A DNA stretch of 64,000 nucleotides, taken from an uncultured Nitrososphaeraceae archaeon (GTDB lineage: Archaea; Thermoproteota; Nitrososphaeria; Nitrososphaerales; Nitrososphaeraceae). Position numbers and translations under genes: made by a program. The stretch's first letter is position 1, and each line of letters begins with the position of its first letter. Under the pieces are notes generated by a model, which ran no database searches, was not told where the DNA came from, and was given only the letters and a program-made list of their open reading frames with translations. The stretch is from positions 32,001 through 96,000 of the forward strand of contig CAWGVG010000021.1 in the NCBI GenBank assembly GCA_963825865.1. Reading direction: 5' to 3'. Below, piece after piece: positions 22,088 through 33,153 of this stretch.

Positions 22088-23092
22088 TGCTCTGTTGCAT
22101 AATTCATTAGGATTTTAGGTTATGCAAACCGTTAGTGAGGTTATTTCGATTGAACATGTTATACAGAGTCTGCCTTTAGGAGGATCTCTTTTACCATGTG
22201 AGGAAACTTTCTAGCTTGTTACATGTTCACCAAATGTTCTTTTAATGGAAGAGAATGCTGTTTCTGCTATCCACCTGTACCCATAGCTCACGCTACGCTT
22301 CCATTTTTTGAGGTTTGCTTGTTGTCTTACTACAGACATATTCCTAGCATAACAGTTAGTTGACTTGACCTTGGAATTACTTCTTGTCTTTATACCAGGC
22401 TTAATGTGGTTCTTTGATAGGTATCTAAAATTCTTATTGCTGTCGTACATACCATCTGCTAATATACCCTTCACATGATTATTATTTTCAGAAGCATTGT
22501 CTACTAACTTCTTTAGCATCTTACCATCATGTACCTCTTCACTTGTTACCTCCAGAGATACAATTCTTTTCTTCTCGATATCAACTGCTATGTGTATCTT
22601 TAGATATCCTTTTCTGACATGCCATTTGTGGTGCATCCATTCCCCTCGATTAGCTACCTTAATGCCGGTGCTGTCTAAAGCAATGACAATATCATTTCCT
22701 AATTTTTCATCGATTTTAATCTCTAGCCTGTTTATACGTCTATTAATGGTACTATAATGTGGTGTGTTTGATACTTCTTTACTTGCATGAGCTATGACTA
22801 CACCCTGTGTTTGTCTATATGGTAGATGGAAATATGCTCTCATGTAACCTAGAAGCTGAATAAATGAATTTGGGTAGCAGTAGGGCTCACCAACCTTACC
22901 AAGGTTCATTTGACATAATTCATGATCCCATCCATCAAGTACATCAAAATCCAAGAGTACTTGACCACGCCTAACTAGTGATTCATTATAGCAAGGCCAG
23001 TCAACCATACCAGAATAATTAATACTAGCAAGTGAAATGGTGAGTGGTCAAATAAGTATCACTTACAAGATAATTAATCATGCAACAAAGCA
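22088..23092 (-). mobile_element. IS5-family insertion sequence, copy 2 (near-identical to copy 1)
   Basis: Same TIRs; 8-bp TSD TAAATTTT at 22080-22087 and 23093-23100; transposase 22211-23008 with indels at the 3' end. Confidence 0.95.
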
Positions 23093-23191
23093 TAAATTTT
23101 CATTTTATTACCATACAATTCAATGATACATATACATATTAATGCTTGACGCAACAGGAATTATAAGGAAAAAGGATGGATTATTGATCGC

Positions 23192-24224
23192 ATGAAGATT
23201 GCCATTGCTGGAGCAGGTGTGGCTGGCAGTTATCTTGGTCATTTACTTCAAAAACGTGGCCATGAAGTAGAGATATTTGAATCTTCAAAGAAAGAAAACC
23301 ACTTGGCAGTATGTGCATGGGGAGCATCAAGACATATGCTTTCAAAGTTTTCTGAGCAGGCTGACCTCAATTTTGATGATTACATTTTCCATGTAGGTAA
23401 AATTCTTAGAATGGATCTTCCAAATAACATTAGAGAATACCTTGATCTTAAAGGGTTAGTTACTTATGATAAACATAGATGGGAACATGATCTATTAGAA
23501 GGTGTCAAGATCACATATGGTGTTAAATGTACTCTGAAAACTTTTCCGTTAAATGAGTATAATTATGTAATCGATTGTACTGGACTTCATCGGTACATTA
23601 CTTCCAAAATCAAAAGAGGATTTTATAATACCTGCATATGAATACCTCGTTGAAAACATTCAAGGCGTCGAGGAATTTTATGTGATAGGTTACAAGGGCG
23701 CACGAGGCTACTTTTGGTATTTCCCTCTTGACAAGGGGATGGGATATGTAGGTGCTGGCGATATCGACAAGAAATATTATGGTGTCGAGGAATTTTTCAA
23801 ACAGCATTCTCAAGCTAGAATTGTAAAGAAGATAGGTAGACCCATACGCCTTGCTCCTCCCAAACGAATGGAGCCATTTAATCATGAAAATATAATAGGA
23901 GTCGGCGAATCTATTGGATGTGTTTTCCCCATGTTAGGTGAAGGTATAATTCCTTCGCTATTATGTTGCAACATTTTCCTAGAAGTATTTGACAAAGATA
24001 ATAACAGATTTGATTTCAAACAATACAGAAGAAAAGTGCTCGATAGATTTGAATACTATGACGATGTTTACAGAATTGTGAGACTAAAGATGGATGGTAA
24101 ATTGAGTATCATCAGACACATTAATTTGTTGATGAGTATGTATATGAATATGAAGAAGGAAGAACAGCGTTTTGGCTTTGAAATCAGTTTTGATAAAATG
24201 ACAAGGCTTGTTAATGCGTTGTAG
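23192..24224 (+). CDS. FAD-dependent oxidoreductase, geranylgeranyl-reductase-like (one frameshift)
   Basis: IAGAGVAG, GYFWYFP, VGESIG.V.P..GEGI. Confidence 0.85.
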
Positions 24225-24533
24225 TAGTAGTTATCTACCAAGTAATCTAATTTTTCAGAATCATTATTTTTATTACCATCTTCATAGTTGCCAGTGATGG
24301 TTTTTGGAGTAATTATTTCTGCTATGAGATCTGGCAGTGAAAAAACTATTATCATAAAACACATATTAGCGAACTGTACATTATACGAGTAACAGAAAGT
24401 CAATATCGGAGTTGATGACAGCTTTTAATGATATAACATTAATAGCGAAGGTAATTTTTTATTCAACTAGCGACAGAAGAATTTTTGACAATAATGAAAG
24501 GAAACAATAATAATTTAATCAGTATTCAGATTC

Positions 24534-25238
24534 TTAACAGTCCATTCGATCTACTTGCGGATGATACGGAGTGACCCCTGAATCGACAACCTTCCATTGG
24601 TCGGCTGCCAATATAGCATTAATATCGCATTTAGATATAGATCCTGTTTTGTTATCTACTATTGTAGACATGAGGTCACCATTGAAGTTTGTATGTCCAA
24701 GGCCAAGAGCATGACCTATTTCATGCTGTGTCAATTGCTTTATTTTATTTGAGTCGAATGTATCGCCAAAGGCGCTCCTCGCTATGGTGATCAGTACACT
24801 ACTTATGAAGCCATTTTCATCAAGGTTATTTGTAGATTGTGCTGCTGTTACAGCATTTGTAACCGTATGACCCGCTGCTGTCACTCCATGGTCAATCTTA
24901 TGCGCTTCTGGATTGAAGTTTACTTCTATGTCTGCGTTAATGTTTCCTGAAACTTCTGTAATTTCTATACTTTTGACTTTTGCATTCCATTCATTTATTG
25001 CATTTCGAACAGCCTTTTGCGTTAGTGCATCACCACCAATTATCTTATAAGTCAATGCTCCATCTGCAAGCTTATTACCCCAACTACAACAGATTTGTAT
25101 AGAATGTTGCTGTTGTTTAATATTGTCTGATAATGGAGATGCTTTTGTCATTTGAAAAATACATGGTGTTTCTATAACAGCTAAAATTAATACTATCACT
25201 ATTCCTTTTGATAACCCAAAGAATAATGTCTTTTGCAA
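24534..25238 (-). CDS. Secreted matrixin (M10-like) zinc metalloprotease
   Basis: HEIGHALGLGH with Met-turn DLM; N-terminal signal. Confidence 0.9.
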   Translation of the reverse strand: MQKTLFFGLSKGIVIVLILAVIETPCIFQMTKASPLSDNIKQQQHSIQICCSWGNKLADGALTYKIIGGDALTQKAVRNAINEWNAKVKSIEITEVSGNINADIEVNFNPEAHKIDHGVTAAGHTVTNAVTAAQSTNNLDENGFISSVLITIARSAFGDTFDSNKIKQLTQHEIGHALGLGHTNFNGDLMSTIVDNKTGSISKCDINAILAADQWKVVDSGVTPYHPQVDRMDC

Positions 25239-25877
25239 TGGGAAATGTCTCTTGAATGACTTAATACGCGTTCTTTAGAATATCTAAATTTCTTTCCTTT
25301 TAAAAAAACTATAATACTCAAATTCTTTATTTTTATTATACTATATGTTGCTAGTAGTTGATAACTTTTTAAAACGTTGCTGATAAATTTTACGAATATG
25401 AAATAGAGTTGCTGATAATTTCTGTATGAATATAAGTCAATACTTGACATGATTAACGTACACTCAAATACTTCTGTAATTTTGAGTGATAATTTGTTAT
25501 GCTGAAAAGTTAGGAAATTTTGAGATTATAATTGCCTTTACTGTTTATCGATAATTACTTTAGAAGGATTTTTACCAATCGTAGCCCATAGTAGAAGGGA
25601 GTCAGAAGGTCATCATAGTAGCAGCAGATCAGTGTTTAATCCTTTAATTTTTCCATTTGGAAGAGCTCATTATTTTGTTTATTTGTTTTATCAGATCTTC
25701 ATTCCCTATTGGTTTTCTAATAAAGCAATTTTTTATTGGACTATAACACGATACTGTCTATCGCATCCATTTATTTATAACAGTAAATATCAATTAATAG
25801 AGATTTGTTATATATACTTGAAAATATTTTACCTTCGGAGCTTAAAAATTGCGTTAGAGTCGGTAAGCAAAATGCTT

Positions 25878-25899
25878 GGAGTGGGATTTGAACTGACGA
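25878..25899 (-). repeat. Copy of the tRNA-Ser 3' arm (att-like scar)
   Basis: GGAGTGGGATTTGAAC identical to 27192-27207; 20/22 match when extended. Confidence 0.6.
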
Positions 25900-26055
25900 T
25901 TTCTAATTGCGATCCTTAAGCTTAAATTTTTTTTGAATCAATGACCATATCATTATTAAGTTGAATAAATCTAAGGGCCAATGTTACATACTTACTGACC
26001 AGCATATAAGAACAACAACAAACAAATGATTATAAAAAAAGAAAACTACTGTTTA

Positions 26056-26331
26056 TTATTTCTTTTTGACATTTTCAATAGACATTATTTCATCGAATTG
26101 GTTATACATCTGCAAAAGGCGTACACCTTTTTCTGTTGTTCTAAAGAACTGCCTTCCTTCTTCATACTCTAGCAAACCATTTTCTAACAAAACCGTCAAG
26201 TATTCCTTTAGCTGCGCATAAGACAGGAATGCTTTGTACATTATTTTTGTCTTGGTAGCTCCACCACCATTGGCAGATTCTAGAATCAATCCAACGATAT
26301 CACTTCTGCTTCTGTATTTCATAACAATCAA
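26056..26331 (-). CDS. Winged-helix transcriptional regulator (COG3432-like), paralogue 1
   Basis: YRSRSDIV.LIL...GATKTKIMYKAFLSYAQLKEYL..L.ENGL..TTEKG. Confidence 0.9.
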   Translation of the reverse strand: MIVMKYRSRSDIVGLILESANGGGATKTKIMYKAFLSYAQLKEYLTVLLENGLLEYEEGRQFFRTTEKGVRLLQMYNQFDEIMSIENVKKK

Positions 26332-26351
26332 TATAACAAATGGATACTAAC

Positions 26352-26430
26352 TATTTATGGGAATCCGTACTATTGATCTTAATATTTGATCATACTATCT
26401 GATCGAACAAGTGATCATTCTATTAGAACA
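26352..26430 (-). promoter_or_regulatory. TATA-like box plus periodic GATC array upstream of wHTH paralogue 1
   Basis: CATAAATA on the - strand; GATC at 26375, 26388, 26401, 26413. Confidence 0.6.
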
Positions 26431-27186
26431 GTTACAAATTAAGTATTGAGCTTATCATATGCCACAGTATTGGTACACTATAACGTCTAATTTCGAAAAC
26501 TATACCAGTTAACAAAAGTTCGCTAACAACTATCGACGTATTTCAACTCAAAATATTAGCAAAGTGTTAGTGAATTAATGTTAATTGGTATATTTAGTGT
26601 ATGGTAAGACCAACTATGATAGTATGTCAAGTATTACAAAGGTACCTGATACCTGCTATATACTTACTAAGGTCTTCTTTCTGTATCTACAAATCCAATG
26701 TCAGAAAGCATTTCAGATATTTCAGTAAACGAATAAGATCTTCCTTCATATGTCACTAAGATCATGTTAAGCTATTTAGAGCTGAAGGAATGGATTTGTC
26801 TTTTTATCATTTTACCAATTACCCATAAATCATAACAGTGTTTTTATCAGGCAAACTATCGTAAACCTTCCCTTATAGATCAGAAATGTTTTTCAATCCA
26901 GGTATACAATTTTAGCGTTGTAATGAACTCAATTAAATGTATAATACTCTAAAAATCGGAATCATCCAACTCATCAATGAATACTATTGAATTGATGAAA
27001 GAGGTCAAAAAAATAAAATGGTAGCACAAAATTGACTTCGAACCGGAGTTATTAGTCTAGGCATAGATATAATACCAGAAAAGTTGAAGTGGATTCAGAT
27101 GACTCGAACCAAGACTACAATCATTTGTATGTTGCAATTCTCCGAGTCAATTATGAGGATATGAGCGTATCTTTCCGTAAGTAAAG

Positions 27187-27270
27187 CGCGGGGAGTGGGA
27201 TTTGAACCCACGAGTTCTTTCGAACATGGGATTAGCAATCCCACGCCCTACCAGGCTAGGCGACCCCCGC
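27187..27270 (-). tRNA. tRNA-Ser (GCT)
   Basis: GCGGGGG/TCCCCGC acceptor stem, TGGGA-TTGCTAA-TCCCA anticodon arm, long variable arm, GGTTCAAATCC T-arm, discriminator G. Confidence 0.95.
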
Positions 27271-27437
27271 CCTAAAGCAAAAGACTCTAATAGCCATTAT
27301 ATTAATGGTAGGCAGATTAATAGGAAACTAAATGTTTGGATTTATATGCACAGATATGAGCAACTAGATGATATTAGAAAGTTTATAATCTTTTAGTTAA
27401 AAAGATTATAAAATAGGCAGGCTTCGTTATACTGTCT

Positions 27438-27875
27438 TTGAACCTCAAAGAGTCAAATGAGATATTCCGCAAGGCCATAATTAAGACTTACTTTGAGCCT
27501 AAATTACTAAAAATGGATTATCATAAATCTCTTGTTAAACATCCGTTCATTCAGGAAGACGGTTTAACAGTAGAAGATGTTTTACATCTATATTTTGACA
27601 TCATTACTGGAAATGATTATCCTGATGGCGACGAATGGTTCACTATTGAATATCTAATCCCTTTTAATATAAAATTACCTGACCATTTGAAAGGGCCTGA
27701 CTATTTTACAACAATTTCAATTTTAGAAGACAAACATTTCTGGAGACATAGGGAGTTAATTCGTTTCAAGTATGGTAAATCGAAGAAACTATTAGAGTCC
27801 TTAGAATTTATAGACAAAAAATATCGTGAACTCAGTAAAGCTTTACATGATTCATCAGTTACTAATCAATCATAG
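27438..27875 (+). CDS. Hypothetical protein
   Basis: 145-aa ORF with normal composition. Confidence 0.7.
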   Translation: MNLKESNEIFRKAIIKTYFEPKLLKMDYHKSLVKHPFIQEDGLTVEDVLHLYFDIITGNDYPDGDEWFTIEYLIPFNIKLPDHLKGPDYFTTISILEDKHFWRHRELIRFKYGKSKKLLESLEFIDKKYRELSKALHDSSVTNQS

Positions 27876-27887
27876 TAACAATAATAA

Positions 27888-28424
27888 TCACTTCTTCCAC
27901 TCATTGCTCTTAAAAAAATACTCTAAACCATCATCATCCTTTGCAAGATATGGAAGCCATTTAAAACTAACTTCATCATAAGAATAGGTAATTTCTTTTG
28001 TATTAGTAGGAAGCGTTCCCAGTTGTATAGGCACGATATCCACTAAATATTCAATTTTTTCAATACCCATTTCAAACTGTCTATCGCTCTTATTCATAAG
28101 TGAAAATATTAAATGCGATTTTATTCCTGTCATGACTCCACAAAAACACAAGGATGCTTTGATTCCTTTTTTACCTCTTCTTCGTTTCATTTCTTTAATA
28201 ATGCCCTTAATTTTGAACCATCTATCCATTGTAAAAAATTCAAAAAAAGATTCACCGAAGGGAATCGGAAATTCTATTTCAACCATGCTGACATATCTAC
28301 TATCGTCTATTGAAAGTTGCTCTTCCACTACTTCAAAAGGTCCTCTTAATGTATCATAAATAACTTCGATCTCAAAAAGCGCTATGCCATAATAACGAAA
28401 TTTGGCTATTCTTCCTATACTCAA
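27888..28424 (-). CDS. Hypothetical protein
   Basis: 178-aa ORF convergent with the previous gene. Confidence 0.7.
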   Translation of the reverse strand: MSIGRIAKFRYYGIALFEIEVIYDTLRGPFEVVEEQLSIDDSRYVSMVEIEFPIPFGESFFEFFTMDRWFKIKGIIKEMKRRRGKKGIKASLCFCGVMTGIKSHLIFSLMNKSDRQFEMGIEKIEYLVDIVPIQLGTLPTNTKEITYSYDEVSFKWLPYLAKDDDGLEYFFKSNEWKK

Positions 28425-28926
28425 CTATTAAGTTAAATAAGTATAAAAATTAAAACTTTTGATGAATGATGCCTATAGACGGGAGGATTTTATATTAGAT
28501 ATCTAGACTAACAATACGGTTTATTATGAAGTATGTAATATACTTACAACACGATCATTAGTATTTTCGGTGAATAAGTTAGAAGTTGGTGATCCAATAT
28601 TTTATATAAGTTGTAAGAGCCTATAAAAGGAAATATATCCTAACTTGTGTCTTCTTCAATTCCAATGGCACGTACTGGTGAGCCTGATGCGCCTATCAGT
28701 TTTAATGGCGTAACTATAAGTGTCAATCGTTGATTGTTTAATTTCTCTAAATTGCAAAGATTTTCTATTATTAGAGTGTCATTGGATAGGAAAATTTTAT
28801 GAGCAGTAAAGTTATTATCCACTCCTATGTCAATACTTGGGCCATCTATTGCAATGGCATTTACTTTCTTTTCGGCCAGAAATTTTGCAGCATCTGCAGA
28901 CAGCCCGGGGTTATCTGATACCTAAT

Positions 28927-29957
28927 TGTTGTACTTACACAGATGGGTAACAATTTTGATTACCTACATAGGTTACACTTTCTTGCTTCCTTTTTGTATA
29001 TGTCTTAGATTTAATTAACCTTTGTACAAACCTTTCAGAAGGAGTAAGATCATTTATTCCACCATGTTCCCTAGTTTCATTATATGCTTTGACAAACATA
29101 TCATACCTTAGTTTTCCATCATCAATACTTGTTATTTCTTCAACTGTCAAGAACTCATTCTTTACAATCTTGTTATATGCTTCTATCTTTCCTTGTAACT
29201 GTGGATATGAATTTGGAATTGGTTTATCCTTTATGTTATTCTTATATAGAAAGTGTTTGAATAGTTTAGATGTAAACTGCTTACCGTTGTCATGCATAAC
29301 TTTCCTGGGCTTTCCGTTATCCATAATCCACTCCTCTAGTACATTCAAAACATCAATGCTCCTCTTTCTTTCAGACCACTTGCTAGCAACTTTTCTTGAA
29401 CAGTCATCTATACAGCTTATCATGTAATTTCTTGTGCTAGAACAGCGTACGTAAAATGGTCCAAGTATATCCATTTGAAGCATGTCATTTGGATGTTTCA
29501 TTGCAAATCGCTTATACTTTCTATTATTCTTTACCTTACAGTTTAGAACGTTGAGAGTATGTTTTTTCAATGTCTTGTATATGGTTCTACTGCTCAATGA
29601 TACTCCAAGTCTTTTTAATCTGAACCTGATTCTACTACATACCAAAGGTCTTTAATCTTAAATCAAGTATTGTTTCTTCTATTTCTTTAGATACTTTGGT
29701 TTTGATGCTATGAGGCCTTCTAGATAGGTCTTTCAACCCGTCTATTCCGTGCTCTATGTATCTATTTTTCCACCTGTAATATGTCTTCCTAGATATTTCG
29801 TATTTATTGCAAATATCGCTAATACTATTACCAGTCCATTCATGTTCATGAATGAGATTGAATTTTGTTCTAATTTCTATAGAGATTTCCACTTCCTAGC
29901 AGAAGTGTTACCTATGTCTGTAAGTCTATATTGTTACCTATGTTTGTAAGTACAACA
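28927..29957 (-). mobile_element. IS481-family insertion sequence
   Basis: TGTTGTACTTAC...GTAAGTACAACA ends (~28-bp imperfect TIR); 6-bp TSD CCTAAT/CATAAT; subterminal GTTACCTATGT repeats. Confidence 0.9.
28935..29892 (-). CDS. IS481-family transposase (HTH + rve integrase core; one frameshift)
   Basis: ISRKTYYRWKNRY...GL.D.SRRPH, QMD, DDCSR, DNGKQF, GKIE, YN..REHGGI. Confidence 0.9.
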
Positions 29958-30652
29958 CATAATTATTATCTTTTTCATAATGCTTTTCCCACCCTGTAGA
30001 AAATATTATAGTATCTTTTTCATATATGTTACAACCAGTTTCAATAATATCATCGCGAGTAATCATCTGATTAGCTTCCTGTTCCATTTTCAGCAACAAT
30101 GTATTCTTACAAACAAATCTATTAATCGCAACCTGGTTGATATTGTCAGCACCACTGATGAAATGAGAGGGCGCGTCTATATGAGTTCCCGTATGAGTAC
30201 TCAAAAACATTACTTCAGAATCATAGCCATGAATATCAAATTTTGACCATCTTATAAAAGAAGGTTTGGGGATCCTGGGAAGACCCTGATATTTGGTGAA
30301 ATTTCCAGTGTAAGGTCTACTATTTCATAACTATTATTTAATAAATATTTTGCTCTGTATATACGCTATGAAATAATATTAATAATCAGTTACAGATGAT
30401 TAATAAATAGATAAAACAGCATAATTATCTTCAGTTTTTAGTGACCATTCTAAAAGTCAATAAGGTTAAATACAACAGATTTAATTCATTATTGATATCA
30501 TGTTTTTATGTTACTAGTGAAAATTAGCCTTTCTTCCTTATTTGATCTAACCTACATGGTCCAGTTCCTAACTACAAATAGATAATAATAATCCTTTTAC
30601 AAAAATTGAGTTAAAAACAGTTTAATACTCACGGAGTAGATTTATCATTATA

Positions 30653-30919
30653 ATGCCAACAGCATATGTCTTAATTAACTGTGATCTTGGTTCCGAGGAA
30701 GAGATTATAAGAGAGGTAAAAAAATTGCCTGAAATTATTGAGGTTAGCGGTGTATACGGTGTTTATGATATTGTTGTGAAGATTAAATCAGATACAATGG
30801 ACAGACTAAGGGAAACTATTACTTGGCATGTAAGGAGAATTGATAAAGTAAGATCTACTCTAACTATGATTGTAATTGAGGGCCAAGGAGATAAAGGCAA
30901 GAAACAGCAATCATTTTAG
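30653..30919 (+). CDS. Stand-alone Lrp/AsnC ligand-binding (RAM) domain protein
   Basis: AYVLINC.LG.E, VYGVYDIVVKI, VRSTLTMIV. Confidence 0.9.
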   Translation: MPTAYVLINCDLGSEEEIIREVKKLPEIIEVSGVYGVYDIVVKIKSDTMDRLRETITWHVRRIDKVRSTLTMIVIEGQGDKGKKQQSF

Positions 30920-31032
30920 AATATTTTAATAGATGTGATAGTTCGCACGGCTTCTTCGCTGTTAAAAAAGTGACGTGATGCCTTAGATATCATAATCCAT
31001 TATATTCTGCATCTATCCAACTGACATATAAG

Positions 31033-31665
31033 TTGAACACTGCCTATAACGATATCCTGAGCTCAAATGGATTGAACACTCTAACATTTAACGATCCGTA
31101 TGCAAAGCTTTGTTTTACTGCAATGCTAGCATCACAATGTAAAAAACTAATCTATATTGACCTTGATACTGTATTTACTGCGTATGTGAAGGCAGGGTTA
31201 TTGCTGAAGAATATAATCAATTTTCATAAAACCATCGAGATTTACCTTCCGAGAGAAAACAGATTTGAATCAATTTTAACAGATATTATTAATTCAATGT
31301 CAGATTCTTCAATTGTTATTTTTGATTCTATCAACAGCTTTTACAACATGTATTATAAAAAAATTAACGCGGACTCAGGACATAAAATGAGTAACTTTAA
31401 TCACCTTCTTTCAATTTTTCTTATGTTACTCGTAAAACATGGCATATCTCTAAATATTCCGATTCTCGCGACTAGCATGATTCGTTACAAAAAAGATAAA
31501 GAATGGGTTCAGTCTCCTACTAGCAAACGACTTTTACAAAAAAAGAGTATCGTAAAACTAAATGTAAGTATGGTGAATGAAGAGGACCTTTCTGTAGAGA
31601 TAATAACACATCCTGTTCTAACTCCTGAGATAATTATTTTTCGAAATCAAGGGATCAAATTTTGA
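31033..31665 (+). CDS. Hypothetical protein, degenerate RecA/P-loop-like fold
   Basis: IYIDLD and IVIFDSIN strands; no Walker A. Confidence 0.6.
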   Translation: MNTAYNDILSSNGLNTLTFNDPYAKLCFTAMLASQCKKLIYIDLDTVFTAYVKAGLLLKNIINFHKTIEIYLPRENRFESILTDIINSMSDSSIVIFDSINSFYNMYYKKINADSGHKMSNFNHLLSIFLMLLVKHGISLNIPILATSMIRYKKDKEWVQSPTSKRLLQKKSIVKLNVSMVNEEDLSVEIITHPVLTPEIIIFRNQGIKF

Positions 31666-31676
31666 AAGATATCAGC

Positions 31677-31985
31677 CTAAAACCCAACATCAAAGATATT
31701 CCAAGGACGGCGAAACCTGCTGCCTAACAATCCTTCTTGACTTTTTGGGGTATTTGTTTTTCCCGATTTATAAAGCAAGAAAGCGCCAGCCATTCCCATA
31801 AATAGAATCATAGTTGTCACGATCGTTTCTCCTATTGTTTGTACTGACCTTGACGGTATGATGAAGGATCTAGCACCTCGCCCTCCTTCTATGATCGCGT
31901 TAAACAGGCCAGATGCTAAAGCGAAAAAGACCACAAGATAAGCAATAGCAACCATAAGTGCAAGTTTGGGAGATTTAGTAAGCAT
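31677..31985 (-). CDS. Small membrane protein resembling OSTC/DC2 and the OST3/OST6 C-terminal domain (3' frameshift)
   Basis: TM-(SGLFNAIIEG)-loop-(QTIGET)-TM-(MGMAG...LYKS) layout. Confidence 0.55.
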   Translation of the reverse strand: MLTKSPKLALMVAIAYLVVFFALASGLFNAIIEGGRGARSFIIPSRSVQTIGETIVTTMILFMGMAGAFLLYKSGKTNTPKSQEGLLGSRFRRPWNIFDVGF

Positions 31986-32269
31986 AGATGGTTTACCTTA
32001 AAAAGACATCCATACATAAGTTTATCGACCAAAAATTCCATAAAACCTAGAACACTATACAAATAGAGTATGACAGATATGGCATGAAAACGAGAGAAAT
32101 TTTGGTGTATTGTCCGTTACAAATACAGAATCAGTTCATATAATCAATTCAACGAATTGTAATCAAAAATAATGCAAAGTCACTTACAGATGAAATGTAT
32201 AGTTTAAGATTCAGCTTTAGAGTAGCTTTAAATAAATATAAATAATTCTGGAAAAAGATTCAGAAAAAT

Positions 32270-32440
32270 GAGAATTATTTCAAAAAATGAACCTTCAGCT
32301 AATATTCCCAAACATTCACTCACTAGAAAGACAAGGCTCAGATTTACAAAGCAAGGTAGAAGAATTAGAAGACGAATAGTTCATCAAGAGAACAAGATAA
32401 GATAAAAGACAATGCCATAGCACATTTATCTATTCAAAAA
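32270..32440 (+). pseudogene. Degraded remnant, possibly an integrase C-terminal coiled coil
   Basis: Fragments NIHSLERQGSDLQSKVEELED and DKIKDNAIAHLS with stops. Confidence 0.35.
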
Positions 32441-32704
32441 TTATGATTTTTATCTGTAAGGCTACAGGAACTTGAAAGGAAACAACGAACAGCGATAACA
32501 ACGTCATAGCCGATATCAATGCTAGGCTGACAAGAACGTGATTCAAATTTGACTTAATTATAAACCACAAATTTAAGACCGTTCTAATGAGAAAATCCTT
32601 AAAGAAAGACACCAAGCATGCTGTCAGAATATACTTGGTTCAAAAAATCCTTTGTTTACAAATATGTGAACTAAGGAAGACAAAAGAAGGTATCTATTTT
32701 GTTA

Positions 32705-32965
32705 TTATTTTCTTTGTGTGTCGATAGACAACATTTCATCGAATTGGTTATACATCTGCAAAAGGCGTACACCTTTTTCTGTTGTTCTTAAGAATTGTCT
32801 TTCTTCTTCATATTGTAATAGAGCGTTTTCTAATAGAACTGTTAGGTATTCTTTTCACTGAGCATAGGACAGAAAGGCCTTATACATTATTTTTGTCTTG
32901 GTAGCTCCACCGTTAGCGGCTTCTAGAATCAACCCAACTATATCAGTTCTGCTTCTATATTTCAT
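32705..32965 (-). pseudogene. Winged-helix regulator paralogue 2 with in-frame TGA (missed by ORF track)
   Basis: MKYRSRTDIVGLILEAANGGATKTKIMYKAFLSYAQ*KEYL...; TGA at 32855-32857 replaces the conserved Leu; frame otherwise intact (87 codons). Confidence 0.85.
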
Positions 32966-33153
32966 AACAATGTTGTAATAAAAGATCAAGTATTTATGAG
33001 AAGCCGTACTATTGATCATAGTATTCGATCGATGAAGTGATCATTCTACTAGATCGAAAATGCATTTAGCATCAAATCATTTTCTGAAGTTACTAGATCA
33101 TCACTCCATGTATGTTGTAATAAGATATTCCTTCAAATCCACTTCGTATTCAT

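Larger units (their letters stand above)
28640..30328 (-). pseudogene. Cyclase/kynurenine-formamidase-family protein interrupted by IS481
   Basis: HTGTHIDAPSHF, NPGL, IENL, GASGSPVRA; removing the IS and one TSD restores NNYVSDNPGL. Confidence 0.9.

Noticed and set aside
13122-23092. Composite transposon formed by the two IS5 copies
   Set aside because: Each copy has its own matching TSD; the outer flanks do not share one
27202-27396. 64-aa ORF in the track
   Set aside because: It is the antisense of tRNA-Ser
32855-32857. Selenocysteine/readthrough at the in-frame TGA of wHTH paralogue 2
   Set aside because: It aligns with a conserved Leu, not Cys; a nonsense mutation or base error is simpler
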